NCBI GenBank assembly: GCA_021787395.1
Contig: JAJYLZ010000003.1
Coordinates: forward strand, 47,279 to 111,278
DNA: 64,000 nt
Reading direction: 5' to 3'
DNA from: Chloroflexota bacterium
Lineage (GTDB): Bacteria > Chloroflexota > Limnocylindria > Limnocylindrales > CSP1-4
The notes below the pieces were generated by a model that saw only the letters and a program-made list of their open reading frames with translations, did no database searches and was not told the DNA's origin. Within the stretch, counting starts at the first letter, position 1; every line of letters begins with the position of its first letter. Position numbers and translations under genes: made by a program. Of the stretch, positions 38,319 to 47,131 are shown piece by piece.

Positions 38319-41300
38319 ATGGGAGGGGTCCACGGTCGGCGTCCCCTGCGCTGGAGTCCGCGATCCGGGGCGCCGAGTCGCCTCGCCGGAGCGGTCGCAG
38401 CGCTGCTGCTGATCGTCGGGTGCGCCGGGCCCGCGCCCGCCGTTCCGCCAGTCGCATCCTGGACGCCGGTGCCCTCATCAGGCGCCGCGCCTGCGGCGAC
38501 GCCGGCCGAGGCATCGACCTCCGGGCCAGCACCGACCGGCCAGCCCGCCGGCAACGAAGCCTGGGCGCCCGTCCAACCCGCCGGCCTGCCGCAGGCCGCG
38601 ACGCTCGTCCCGACCCGGGGCGGTGCCGACGTCGTGGCGCGGACCACCGGGTTCCTGCTCACCAGCCTCGACGGGCGGCCGGCCGCGTCCCTCGCCGGAC
38701 GCATCGTGGCCGACCCGCCGGTGGCATTCCGCGTCACGCCCTCGGGCGCGGCCGCCGCGGTCCTCCAGCCCACGGCCGTTCTCGCGGCCGCCACGCGCTA
38801 CCACCTGTCGCTGACGCGGCCCGACGGCACGGTCGAGGCCTCGTGGACCGCGCTGACGGCCGGCCCGCTGCACGTCAGCGACACCGTCCCCGGCGACCAG
38901 GCCACGTCGGTGCCGCTCGACACCGGGATCGAGGTCAACTTCGACCAGCCCGGCGTGACGGCGTCCGCGCTCGCGTCGCACTTCCGGATCTCGCCCGCGG
39001 TAAAGGGTCACTTCGAGGCGGACGGCCGCTCCGTCGCCTTCGCGCCGGACAAGCCGCTCGCGAAGGCGACGCTGTACACGGTGACGATCACCCGTGGCCT
39101 GCCGATCGCGGGGACGGGCGAGGCGCTGGAGCAGGACGTCACCATCCGGTTCGAGACCGCGGCAGCGCGCCCGTGGACCGCCCGTGTCTGGCTGCCCGAG
39201 ACCCTGGTGGACGCCACCCCGCGCGAGCTGGCGGCGATGACGCTGTGGTGGGACGTGCAGGGGAGCTCGTCCCGACCGACCAGTGTCCCGCTGCGCGTCC
39301 ACCGCCTGGGCAGCCTCGACGGCGCGATCAGCGCATGGGCCGCGATCTCCAGGGCACCGGCCTGGACGTTGGCCAGCACGCAGGCCGCGGTGGCCACCTC
39401 GAGCCTGCCGCAGGTGCTGTCGGCCAGCGTGCCGATCCAGGGGCTGGACGACGGGACCCCCTGGATCCAGCTGCCGCGGACGCTCGCGGCCGGCTGGTAT
39501 GTGGTGACCGTGGCGTTCGCCGGCGTCCCCCGCCAGCTGGTCCTGCAGGTCACCGACACCGCGACCTACGCCCTGGTCACCTCGACCCAGACCGCGGTCT
39601 GGGTCAACGACCTGAAGACGCGCGGCCCGGCCATGGGCGCGACCGCATCGCTGGCCGGGACGGTCCTGGCCGGCGCAACCGACGCCCGGGGGCTGCTGGT
39701 GGCCGCGTCGCCGCCTGCGGTCGCCGGCGGCGACGCAACCGATCCGATGCTCCTGGTGCACTACGGCGGCTCCACGACCTTCCGGCCGGTCGCCGGCGGC
39801 TCGATGTGCGGCGGCTGCGACGGCACCTGGTCCCCTCGCGACAGCCTCGTGCCCGACACCTGGTGGACGATGCTCACCACCGACCGCTGGGAGTACCGCC
39901 AGACGGACACGGTCAACGCCGTGGGCGTGGTCAGGCAGCGCGTGTCCGGGACTGTGCCGGCGTCCGTGCTGCTCGAGCTGGTCCGCAACGACGGCGCCGA
40001 CGCCGTCACCATCCTCACCCGGACGGCAACGCCGGATGCGCGGGGGATGTACTCGGCGTCGCTGCAGATCGCCGGGCTGCCCGTCGGCGGCTATCGCCTC
40101 CGCGCGAGCGTGGACGGCGCCAGCGTCGGCGAGACGTGGCTCAGCGTCGCGACCATCCGCAAGCCGGCGTACCTCATCACGGTCATGCCCGAGCGCCACG
40201 CGGTGATCAGCGGCCAGCCGCTGCAGGCGACGGTCAGCGCCGCGTTCTTCGACGGGACCCCAGCCGCCGGCACGCAGGTCCAGTTGACGACCGAAGACAG
40301 CGAGGCGCCCCAGACGACGGTCACCACGGATGCGGGCGGCCTCGCCACGGGCACCCTGAAGCCGAAGGCAGCCGACATGCAGCAGCGTGTCGCGACCATC
40401 GGCGCCACGCCCACGCTGCCTGAGGAGGCCGGCCTCGCGGCCAACAACTTCGTGGCCGTGTTCGCCGGCTCCGCCTTCCTGTCCCTGGACGGCAGCGCCA
40501 ACGGCAAGACGCTGACCGTCACGGGCGGCGTGAACACGGTCGACTGGGGACGCTACGACCAGCCGGACGTCGACCTCTGGTCGATCGACCCGCGCGGCGC
40601 GGCGCGCCCCGGGGCAGCCGTGCAGATCAAGGTCGTCGCGCGGTCCATGGTCCAGCGCCAGACGGGCACCGCCTACGACTTCATCACCAAGCGCGTCATG
40701 CCCCGCTACGAGTACACCGACAACGAGGTTGCGCTCGCATCCCGGAGCGTCCGGACCGGCGCTGACGGGACCTTCCGCCTGACGCTCCCAGCCGGCCGCA
40801 ACGCCTACGCCTACTCGGTGACGGCCACGTACGTGGATGAGGCCGGGCGCAGGATCGAGACGGAGGCGTGGATCAGCGGCACGGCGCCACGCGCCGACTA
40901 CCCGATCCCGTCGCTCGACCCGGCTGAAGGGCACGACTACGCCCATGGGTACTCGGTCGGCGACACGGTCCGCGTGCGCTTCAGCGGCGGCGCCCCCCGC
41001 ACCACCGCCACCCGCTACCTCTACCTCGCGCTCCAGCAGGGGCTGCGCGGCGCCGACGTCAGCTCCAGCGCGGAGTTCCAGACGACCTTCACCGACGCGA
41101 GCATCCCCGACATCGCGATCACCGCGGTCCGGTTCAACGGCTCCGGCTACGACGCCGTGCCGTGGCCCTACACCGCCCGGCTCGACCAGCAGGACCGGCA
41201 GCTGACCGTCACCATGGCCGCCGACAAGCTGCGCTACGAGCCGGGGGAGTCCGCCACGGTGTCCGTGTCGACAGCCGACCGGGACGGCCGGCCCGTGGCC

Positions 41301-43370
41301 GCCAGCGTGTTCGTCCGCGCCGTGGACGAGAAGCTGTTCGCGATGGGCGCCGCCGCCGAGGGCGACCCGCTGGCCCAGCTGTACGCCGACGTCCCCACCG
41401 GCGTCGTGGGCAGCGTGCGGTCGCACCAGCCGCCGGAGCAGGGATGGGGCGGCGGGAGGGGCGACACCACCGGCGGCGGCGGGACCGGCGGCCGGACCGA
41501 CTTCCGCGACTGGCTGGTGGCCAAGGTGGTGCACACCGACGCGGCGGGTCGGGCCACGGTGACCGTCCCCCTGTCTGATGACCTCACCTCGTGGCGAGTC
41601 GCGGCCACCGCGGTCGACGGCGCCCTCGACGCCGGCGCCGCCTCGATCAAGATCCCGGTCGGGCTGCCGTTCTTCGTGGACGCGGTGCTGGCGTCGGAGT
41701 ACCTCGCCAGCGACCGGCCGGTCCTGCGCGTCCGATCCTACGGGACAGCGCTCCGGGCGGGCGACCGGGTGGCCTTCGCGGTCACCTCCGACACGCTGCC
41801 GATGGCCGAGGTCACGGTCACCGCGGACGCGTTCGGCTCCGCCTACGTGCCGCTCCCGGCGCTGGCCGTGGGCACCCAGCGCGTCCGGATCGCCGGCAGC
41901 GTCGTCGCGAGCGACCAGACGCTCCAGGATGCGATGACGCGCACGTTCACGGTCATCGCCAGCCGGGCGACCCAGCAGCGCACCACCTGGTCCCTGCTGG
42001 CCGGCCCGACGACCGTGCAGGCCGGGCAGGGCATGACGCGGCTGGCGCTCGTGGACTCGGGCCGCGGGCGCGTGGTGCCCGTGCTCGAGGAGCTCGCCGC
42101 GTCCGGAGCGGCGCGGGCCGACCAGGTGCTGGCGTCCGGGCTCGCCACGCGCGTCCTGGCCCACCAGTTCGGCCTCGCGCCGGCCACCACGAGCGACCCT
42201 AACGCGCTCGACACGTTCACCTCGAACGGCGGCCTGTCCATCGTGCCCTGGGGCGCGATGCAGCTCGACGTCACCGCCCTCGCCGCCATGACCGGCGACC
42301 CGCGTCTCGCCATGGGCGATATCCGTGAACGCCTCCGGATGGCGCTCGACGACGACGCCCAGCCGCGCGCTGGGCGCATCCTGGCGCTGGCGGGCCTTGC
42401 AGCGCTCGGCGAGCCGGTCCACGGCGACATCAGCACGCTCGACGCCGCGACCGACCTCACCGTCGAGGAGCGCGCCGACCTTGCGCTGGCCGCCCTCGAG
42501 GCCGGCGACGAGGCCCTGGCCGGCCGTCTTGAGCAGCAGCTGCTGGCGTCGAACGCCCTCCGCTCGGCGAACATGGTCCGGATCGATCCGGGGCCCGGCA
42601 CGGACACCACCGTTGTCACGGCCCGCCTGGCCATCGTGGCGGCCTCGCTGGGCGACCCGATTGCGGCCGAGATGGACGAGTACCTCGCCGCCAATCCGCC
42701 CAAGACCACGCTGGTGGTCCTCGAGCGCGCGCTCGCGGCGCGCGGCTGGGCGATGCGTGTGGCCAGCTCGACCGCCCGGGCGACGCTCACCGTCGACGGC
42801 GTGCGGACGGCCGTCAGCCTGTCGGGCGGCGACGCGGCCGGGTACATGCTCACCCCGGCCCAGGCACGGTCGGCGTCGGTCGCGCCGGTCGCCGGCTCGC
42901 TGCTCCTGGTCCAGACGTGGGACGGCGCTCTCGAGCCGTCCAGCCTGGCCGCTCCGAACGGCATCACCTTCACGCGCGACGTGTCCCCCGCCGGCGTGAT
43001 CCCCGGCGACCGAACCGTCGTCGTGACCTTCCACGTGTCGATCCCGCCGACCCTGCGCGCCAGCGGCTGGCGGATCGTCGACGTGGCGCCGTCGGGCCTC
43101 GCGCCAGTGCTCTACTGCGGCGCCTGGGCTGACCCCCAGCAGCCGGCCGGCGTGATCTCGCCGGACTCCATCGACGGGCAGCGCGTGGAGCTGATGGTCG
43201 GCTGGGACCCCCGACGGTCGGAGTACTGGGCCAGGTACGTGGCGCACGTCGTCTCGCCCGGCTCGTACACGTGGGAGCCGTCGGTGCTGCAGTCGCTGGT
43301 CGATCCGGCTTCGGGGCTGACCGTGCCGGCGACGACCGTGACGATCTCCACCCCCGTGCCGGGCGGCTGA
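38319..43370 (+). CDS. alpha-2-macroglobulin family lipoprotein (about 1683 aa) with no thioester motif
   Basis: ATG at 38319 with a GGGAG RBS gives MGGVHGRRPL...LAGAVAALLLIVGCAG (lipobox). There is an SbsA-Ig-like N-terminal domain, repeated MG-like beta domains, and the hallmark A2M motif (RTDFRDWLVAKVVHTDAAGRATVTVPLSDDLTSWRVAATAV). An alpha/alpha-toroid TED-like region is present with no CxEQ. The upstream 128 aa of the ORF is filler. Confidence 0.8.
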   Translation: MGGVHGRRPLRWSPRSGAPSRLAGAVAALLLIVGCAGPAPAVPPVASWTPVPSSGAAPAATPAEASTSGPAPTGQPAGNEAWAPVQPAGLPQAATLVPTRGGADVVARTTGFLLTSLDGRPAASLAGRIVADPPVAFRVTPSGAAAAVLQPTAVLAAATRYHLSLTRPDGTVEASWTALTAGPLHVSDTVPGDQATSVPLDTGIEVNFDQPGVTASALASHFRISPAVKGHFEADGRSVAFAPDKPLAKATLYTVTITRGLPIAGTGEALEQDVTIRFETAAARPWTARVWLPETLVDATPRELAAMTLWWDVQGSSSRPTSVPLRVHRLGSLDGAISAWAAISRAPAWTLASTQAAVATSSLPQVLSASVPIQGLDDGTPWIQLPRTLAAGWYVVTVAFAGVPRQLVLQVTDTATYALVTSTQTAVWVNDLKTRGPAMGATASLAGTVLAGATDARGLLVAASPPAVAGGDATDPMLLVHYGGSTTFRPVAGGSMCGGCDGTWSPRDSLVPDTWWTMLTTDRWEYRQTDTVNAVGVVRQRVSGTVPASVLLELVRNDGADAVTILTRTATPDARGMYSASLQIAGLPVGGYRLRASVDGASVGETWLSVATIRKPAYLITVMPERHAVISGQPLQATVSAAFFDGTPAAGTQVQLTTEDSEAPQTTVTTDAGGLATGTLKPKAADMQQRVATIGATPTLPEEAGLAANNFVAVFAGSAFLSLDGSANGKTLTVTGGVNTVDWGRYDQPDVDLWSIDPRGAARPGAAVQIKVVARSMVQRQTGTAYDFITKRVMPRYEYTDNEVALASRSVRTGADGTFRLTLPAGRNAYAYSVTATYVDEAGRRIETEAWISGTAPRADYPIPSLDPAEGHDYAHGYSVGDTVRVRFSGGAPRTTATRYLYLALQQGLRGADVSSSAEFQTTFTDASIPDIAITAVRFNGSGYDAVPWPYTARLDQQDRQLTVTMAADKLRYEPGESATVSVSTADRDGRPVAASVFVRAVDEKLFAMGAAAEGDPLAQLYADVPTGVVGSVRSHQPPEQGWGGGRGDTTGGGGTGGRTDFRDWLVAKVVHTDAAGRATVTVPLSDDLTSWRVAATAVDGALDAGAASIKIPVGLPFFVDAVLASEYLASDRPVLRVRSYGTALRAGDRVAFAVTSDTLPMAEVTVTADAFGSAYVPLPALAVGTQRVRIAGSVVASDQTLQDAMTRTFTVIASRATQQRTTWSLLAGPTTVQAGQGMTRLALVDSGRGRVVPVLEELAASGAARADQVLASGLATRVLAHQFGLAPATTSDPNALDTFTSNGGLSIVPWGAMQLDVTALAAMTGDPRLAMGDIRERLRMALDDDAQPRAGRILALAGLAALGEPVHGDISTLDAATDLTVEERADLALAALEAGDEALAGRLEQQLLASNALRSANMVRIDPGPGTDTTVVTARLAIVAASLGDPIAAEMDEYLAANPPKTTLVVLERALAARGWAMRVASSTARATLTVDGVRTAVSLSGGDAAGYMLTPAQARSASVAPVAGSLLLVQTWDGALEPSSLAAPNGITFTRDVSPAGVIPGDRTVVVTFHVSIPPTLRASGWRIVDVAPSGLAPVLYCGAWADPQQPAGVISPDSIDGQRVELMVGWDPRRSEYWARYVAHVVSPGSYTWEPSVLQSLVDPASGLTVPATTVTISTPVPGG

Positions 43371-43381
43371 GGGCGCGCGGC

Positions 43382-43939
43382 TCAGGCCAGGAGGCGGCGC
43401 TCCAGGTCGCGCATCGCCGCCTCCTCGACCGGGTCGGCGTGGTCCCAGCCGCACACGTGCAGCGCGCCGTGGGTGACCAGCAGCCGCAGCTCGTCGCGGG
43501 CGTCCCACCGCACGTCGCCGGTCTGGCCGCCGCGGCCGGCCCCGGCCTGGTCGACCGCACGCTCCACCGACACCACGATGTCGCCCAGGTGAGGGCGGGC
43601 GCCGGGCGGAAGGGCGAAGCCGTCGGGGTCGGCATCCGGCGTCGGCAAGCCGCCTGAGCCCTTGCCCGGATGGTCGGGGTACTCGTCCGGGCCAAGCAGC
43701 GGGAAGGACAGCACGTCGGTGGGGCCGTCCTTGCCCATGTGCGCCGCGTTGAGCTCGGCGAGCTCGGCGTCGTCGGACAGGATCAGCCCGATCGAGGCTG
43801 GACGCGGCGCCCCGGCCGCGTCCAGCGCCGCGGCGACGGCCCGGGCCAGGGCGGCGGCGGGCAGCAGGCGCGGCACTCCCTCGCGCCGCTCGACGTCGAC
43901 CCGCCAGCCGGACAGGTAGTGGGTGCTCATGGCCGACAC
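43382..43939 (-). CDS. ybeY: rRNA maturation endoribonuclease YbeY
   Basis: HGALHVCGWDH zinc motif (HxxxHxxxxDH) and UPF0054-like length. Confidence 0.85.
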   Translation of the reverse strand: MSAMSTHYLSGWRVDVERREGVPRLLPAAALARAVAAALDAAGAPRPASIGLILSDDAELAELNAAHMGKDGPTDVLSFPLLGPDEYPDHPGKGSGGLPTPDADPDGFALPPGARPHLGDIVVSVERAVDQAGAGRGGQTGDVRWDARDELRLLVTHGALHVCGWDHADPVEEAAMRDLERRLLA

Positions 43940-43989
43940 GGTAGCGCGGGCGCGAGGGGGCCGCGCCCCGCGCGCGCTACCATCGGCCC

Positions 43990-44505
43990 ATGGCCCTCCG
44001 ACCGATCATCACCCTCGGCGACCCCCGGCTCCGCCTGCCCGGGCGGCCCGTCGTCAAGTTCGACCGCGAGCTGGGCGAGCTGATCGACGACATGATCGAG
44101 ACGATGGACGCCGCGCCGGGCGTGGGGCTGGCGGCCCAGCAGATCGGGCTCGACCTGCAGCTGTGCGTCATCCGCGTGGACGACGAGCTGTACGAGGTGG
44201 CCAACCCCGAGATCCTCCACCTGTCCGGCGAGGAGGGCGCCTGGGAGGGCTGCCTGTCGGTCCCTGGCTACCGCGCCTGGCGCTGGCGCGCCGAGCACGC
44301 CGTGATGACCGGCCAGGACCGCCACGGTCGCCGGGTCAACGTCAGCGGCCACGGCTACCTCGCCCGGGCCATCCAGCACGAGTTCGACCACCTCCACGGC
44401 GAGCTGTACCTCGACGCCCTGCCCGAGGACGCCGAGATCCTCACCGAGGAGGAGCTCGACGAGCGGCTGGAGGCGGAGCGGGAGGACGCGGCCGCGCCGG
44501 ACTGA
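43990..44505 (+). CDS. def: peptide deformylase
   Basis: All three PDF motifs are present (GVGLAAQQIG, EGCLSVPG, QHEFDHLHG). Confidence 0.9.
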   Translation: MALRPIITLGDPRLRLPGRPVVKFDRELGELIDDMIETMDAAPGVGLAAQQIGLDLQLCVIRVDDELYEVANPEILHLSGEEGAWEGCLSVPGYRAWRWRAEHAVMTGQDRHGRRVNVSGHGYLARAIQHEFDHLHGELYLDALPEDAEILTEEELDERLEAEREDAAAPD

Positions 44506-44552
44506 TCGGGGCGGATCGCGGGCGGGGGCCGCTGCAGACGTTCCGTCGTTCG

Positions 44553-44640
44553 GGCGTCCCGACGTGCCGGCGCCCCGGCGCCCCGGCGCCCCGGCGTGCC
44601 GGCGTCCCGGCGTCCCGACGTCCCGACGCCCCGGCGTCCC
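44553..44640. repeat. 8-nt microsatellite (CGYSCCGR)n of about 11 units
   Basis: Seen directly: ggcgtccc gacgtgcc ggcgcccc ggcgcccc ggcgcccc ggcgtgcc ggcgtccc ggcgtccc gacgtccc gacgcccc ggcgtccc. It lies in the convergent intergenic region between def and the S53 peptidase. Confidence 0.6.
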
Positions 44641-44641
44641 G

Positions 44642-44740
44642 GGATACCGCCACGGGCGGTGATATCCGGAGCGGCTCGAGCGTTCTGAGCGTGCCGTCAG
44701 CGCTCGGCACCGCCGGCGGCGGTGCCACGGCGCGATCGAG
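44642..44740. repeat. two palindromic elements of the same family as the 36.4 kb repeats
   Basis: GGATACCGCCacgGGCGGTGATATCC at about 44642-44668, and GGCACCGCCGGCGGCGGTGCCAC at about 44706-44728. Confidence 0.4.
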
Positions 44741-44876
44741 CGGATAGCACCGCCGTCAGCGGTTTCTCGGAGAAGGCGAAGGCCCGGCCCGAGGCGAGAG
44801 GCCCAGCCGAGGCGTCAGAAGCGAGCCGGCTGCCGCCCAGCGGGCGGTGGAGGGAGGGAGGCGCGGAGCCGACGTG

Positions 44877-46973
44877 CTACTTGGTGACCCTGAGGCTCAC
44901 GCTCGTCGAGTGGCTGAGGCCGCCGCTGACACCGGTGATGGTCAGGGTGTAGGTCCTGGTCTTCGTGCCCGTCGAGGTCTGGACCGTCATCGTCGTGCTC
45001 GACCCCGCCGATACCGGGCTAGCGCTGAACGTGGCCGTCACGCCCGAGGGCAGGCCGGACACGCTGAGCGATACGCTGCCGTTGAAGCCGCTGAGGGAGC
45101 CGACGCTGACGGTGTAGATGACGGAGCCCCCGCGCTTCACGGACTGCGAGGTCGGACTGGCCGACAGCGAGAAGTCGGGGACGGTCACGGTGACGCTCGC
45201 CGTGCCGGACACGCCACCTGACGACGCGGTCACCGTGAAGGTGCCCGCCGTGCTGCCCGCCGTGAACAGGCCGGAAGAGCTGATCGACCCGCCGCCGCTC
45301 ACCGACCAGGTGAACGTGGGCTGCGGGCTCATCAGGCTGCCGTTCTGGTCATATCCGGTCGCGGTGAACTGCTGGGTCCCGCCGGCCGCAACCGACGCGC
45401 TCGCGGGCGACACGGTGATCGAGGTGGGCGTCTGCGAGTCAGGCGCGGTCACCGTGACCTGGGCCGTTCCAGCGATCCCGCCGCCGGCCGCGGTCACGGT
45501 GTACGGGCCGCCGGCCGTGGTGCCGCTGAACAGGCCGGTCTGGTCGATCGACCCGCCGCCGCTGACCGACCAGGTGAACGCCGGCTGCGAGGTCATCGGC
45601 ACGCCGTTCTGGTCAAGCGCGGTCGCCGAGAACTGCTGCGCGCCGCCGACCGCAACGGAGGCGCTCGTCGGGGAGACCGAGATGGTGGTCAGGACCGGGG
45701 CCGAAGACGCGGAGGCGATGCTGCCGAGGCCGGTGGGGCCGTCCCAGCCGGGGCCGGCAGTGCACAGGACCGAGGTCCGGCAGCGACCGTTAGAACCGGA
45801 CGTGACGTCGTAGTACTTGGCCGCGGTCCATGCGTACTGGCTGGCCGTGGGATACGAGGTGTTAGGGCCATAGCCGCCCTGCATCGTGTACAGGGCGCCC
45901 ATCAGCGGCGACGACAGGCTCGTGCCGCCGAAGATGTACCAGCCGGTGGCGTTGTTGTAGGTGGTGTAGATCTGGAGGCCGGAGTTCGGGTCGGCGTCCG
46001 CGGAGAGGTCCGCAATCGCCTTCCTGGTGCCGCACGGACTGCCGCTGATCACCTGCCACGACGGGGCCGCGTTGTAGGACGAGCAGCCGCTGCCCGATCC
46101 GGACCAGGCCGTCTCCGAGGAACGGACGCCGGTCGCGTCCACCTGGACGTTGGTGCCGCCCACGCCGAGCACATACGTGCCCGTGGCCGGGAACCCGACG
46201 CCGTAGCCGCCGTCGCCGGTGGAGGCCATCACCGCGATGCCCTTCTTGGCCGCGTTGTCCCACTGCGGGTAGCTCGAGCCCGGGGCATCGCCGTTCGAGC
46301 TGTAGCTGTTGGAGATGGCGCGGACGCCGCCCACGGTCGATGCGAACGTCACCGCGGTGCCGAGGTCGGCGAACGAGGCGGAGTTGGCCTCGACGAGCAG
46401 GATGCTGCAGTCGGGGCAGACCGCCGAGGCGGCCTGAAGGTCGAGGTCGATCTCAGTGGCCCAGCCCGAGTCGGCGGTCGGGTAGGAGCTGCCGCCGGTC
46501 TGGTTCACCTTGGCGAAGCACGGGCCCGGCCCGCTGGTGAGCTTGGACAGCGAACTCGAGCAGTCGGCCATGGCCGGCATCAGCGTCGAGTCGCTGCTGC
46601 GATACGTGGACAGGTGGCTGTAGGCGTTCGGGTTGTCGAATGCGTCAACGATGGCGATGACCTTGGAGGGGTCGCCGACGCCTGTGATCCCGTAGGCCGT
46701 GCGGATGCCGACTGCCGTGTACGAGACCGACGCCGCCGGCTTGGCGATGCGGCCGAAGTCCTGGGGGGACCTGGCGACGTACGGCAGGCCGTCCTGGAAG
46801 AGCATGCGGGCCACGCTGTCGCAGGCGGCGGTGTCGGCCGTGCCGGGCGGGCACACCCGAGCGTCGCGGTGGCTCCACGTGGGCGCGGCGGCGGTCGCCG
46901 TCGACGCGATCAGGCCGGACATCAACAGCAGGGCGGCCGCGGCCGCCGTGACCCTACGAACCGCCGAGTGCAT
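44877..46973 (-). CDS. secreted S53 (sedolisin-like) or S8-like serine peptidase with C-terminal tandem Big_2 Ig-like domains
   Basis: Signal peptide MHSAVRRVTAAAAALLLMSGLIASTATA. GGTSLSSPLMGA serine motif with an upstream AIVDAFDNP. Three repeats of about 80 aa each (TVSPTSASVAVGGAQQFSATALDQNG...) typical of Big_2. The alternative start is 47030. Confidence 0.75.
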   Translation of the reverse strand: MHSAVRRVTAAAAALLLMSGLIASTATAAAPTWSHRDARVCPPGTADTAACDSVARMLFQDGLPYVARSPQDFGRIAKPAASVSYTAVGIRTAYGITGVGDPSKVIAIVDAFDNPNAYSHLSTYRSSDSTLMPAMADCSSSLSKLTSGPGPCFAKVNQTGGSSYPTADSGWATEIDLDLQAASAVCPDCSILLVEANSASFADLGTAVTFASTVGGVRAISNSYSSNGDAPGSSYPQWDNAAKKGIAVMASTGDGGYGVGFPATGTYVLGVGGTNVQVDATGVRSSETAWSGSGSGCSSYNAAPSWQVISGSPCGTRKAIADLSADADPNSGLQIYTTYNNATGWYIFGGTSLSSPLMGALYTMQGGYGPNTSYPTASQYAWTAAKYYDVTSGSNGRCRTSVLCTAGPGWDGPTGLGSIASASSAPVLTTISVSPTSASVAVGGAQQFSATALDQNGVPMTSQPAFTWSVSGGGSIDQTGLFSGTTAGGPYTVTAAGGGIAGTAQVTVTAPDSQTPTSITVSPASASVAAGGTQQFTATGYDQNGSLMSPQPTFTWSVSGGGSISSSGLFTAGSTAGTFTVTASSGGVSGTASVTVTVPDFSLSASPTSQSVKRGGSVIYTVSVGSLSGFNGSVSLSVSGLPSGVTATFSASPVSAGSSTTMTVQTSTGTKTRTYTLTITGVSGGLSHSTSVSLRVTK

Positions 46974-47131
46974 CGCCACCGCCTCAGATCCGAGTTCGGC
47001 GCACGCTGGCGCAGGCGCCGGGGTGCTCATCGTGGAGGGTACGCCGTCACGCGGTCAACAGGAGGGCCATCCGGCCGTTGCCCGGCGTCACCGAGGAGCG
47101 TGGCGAAGGGTCGGTGCGGGACGACTGCCCG

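Noticed and set aside
38478-43508. 1676-aa minus-strand ORF
   Set aside because: It is antisense to the alpha-2-macroglobulin gene, which carries clear family motifs. The composition is R/G/D-rich.
44553-44640. possible CRISPR array
   Set aside because: The repeats are 8 nt long and directly abutting, with no spacers. This is a microsatellite, not a CRISPR.
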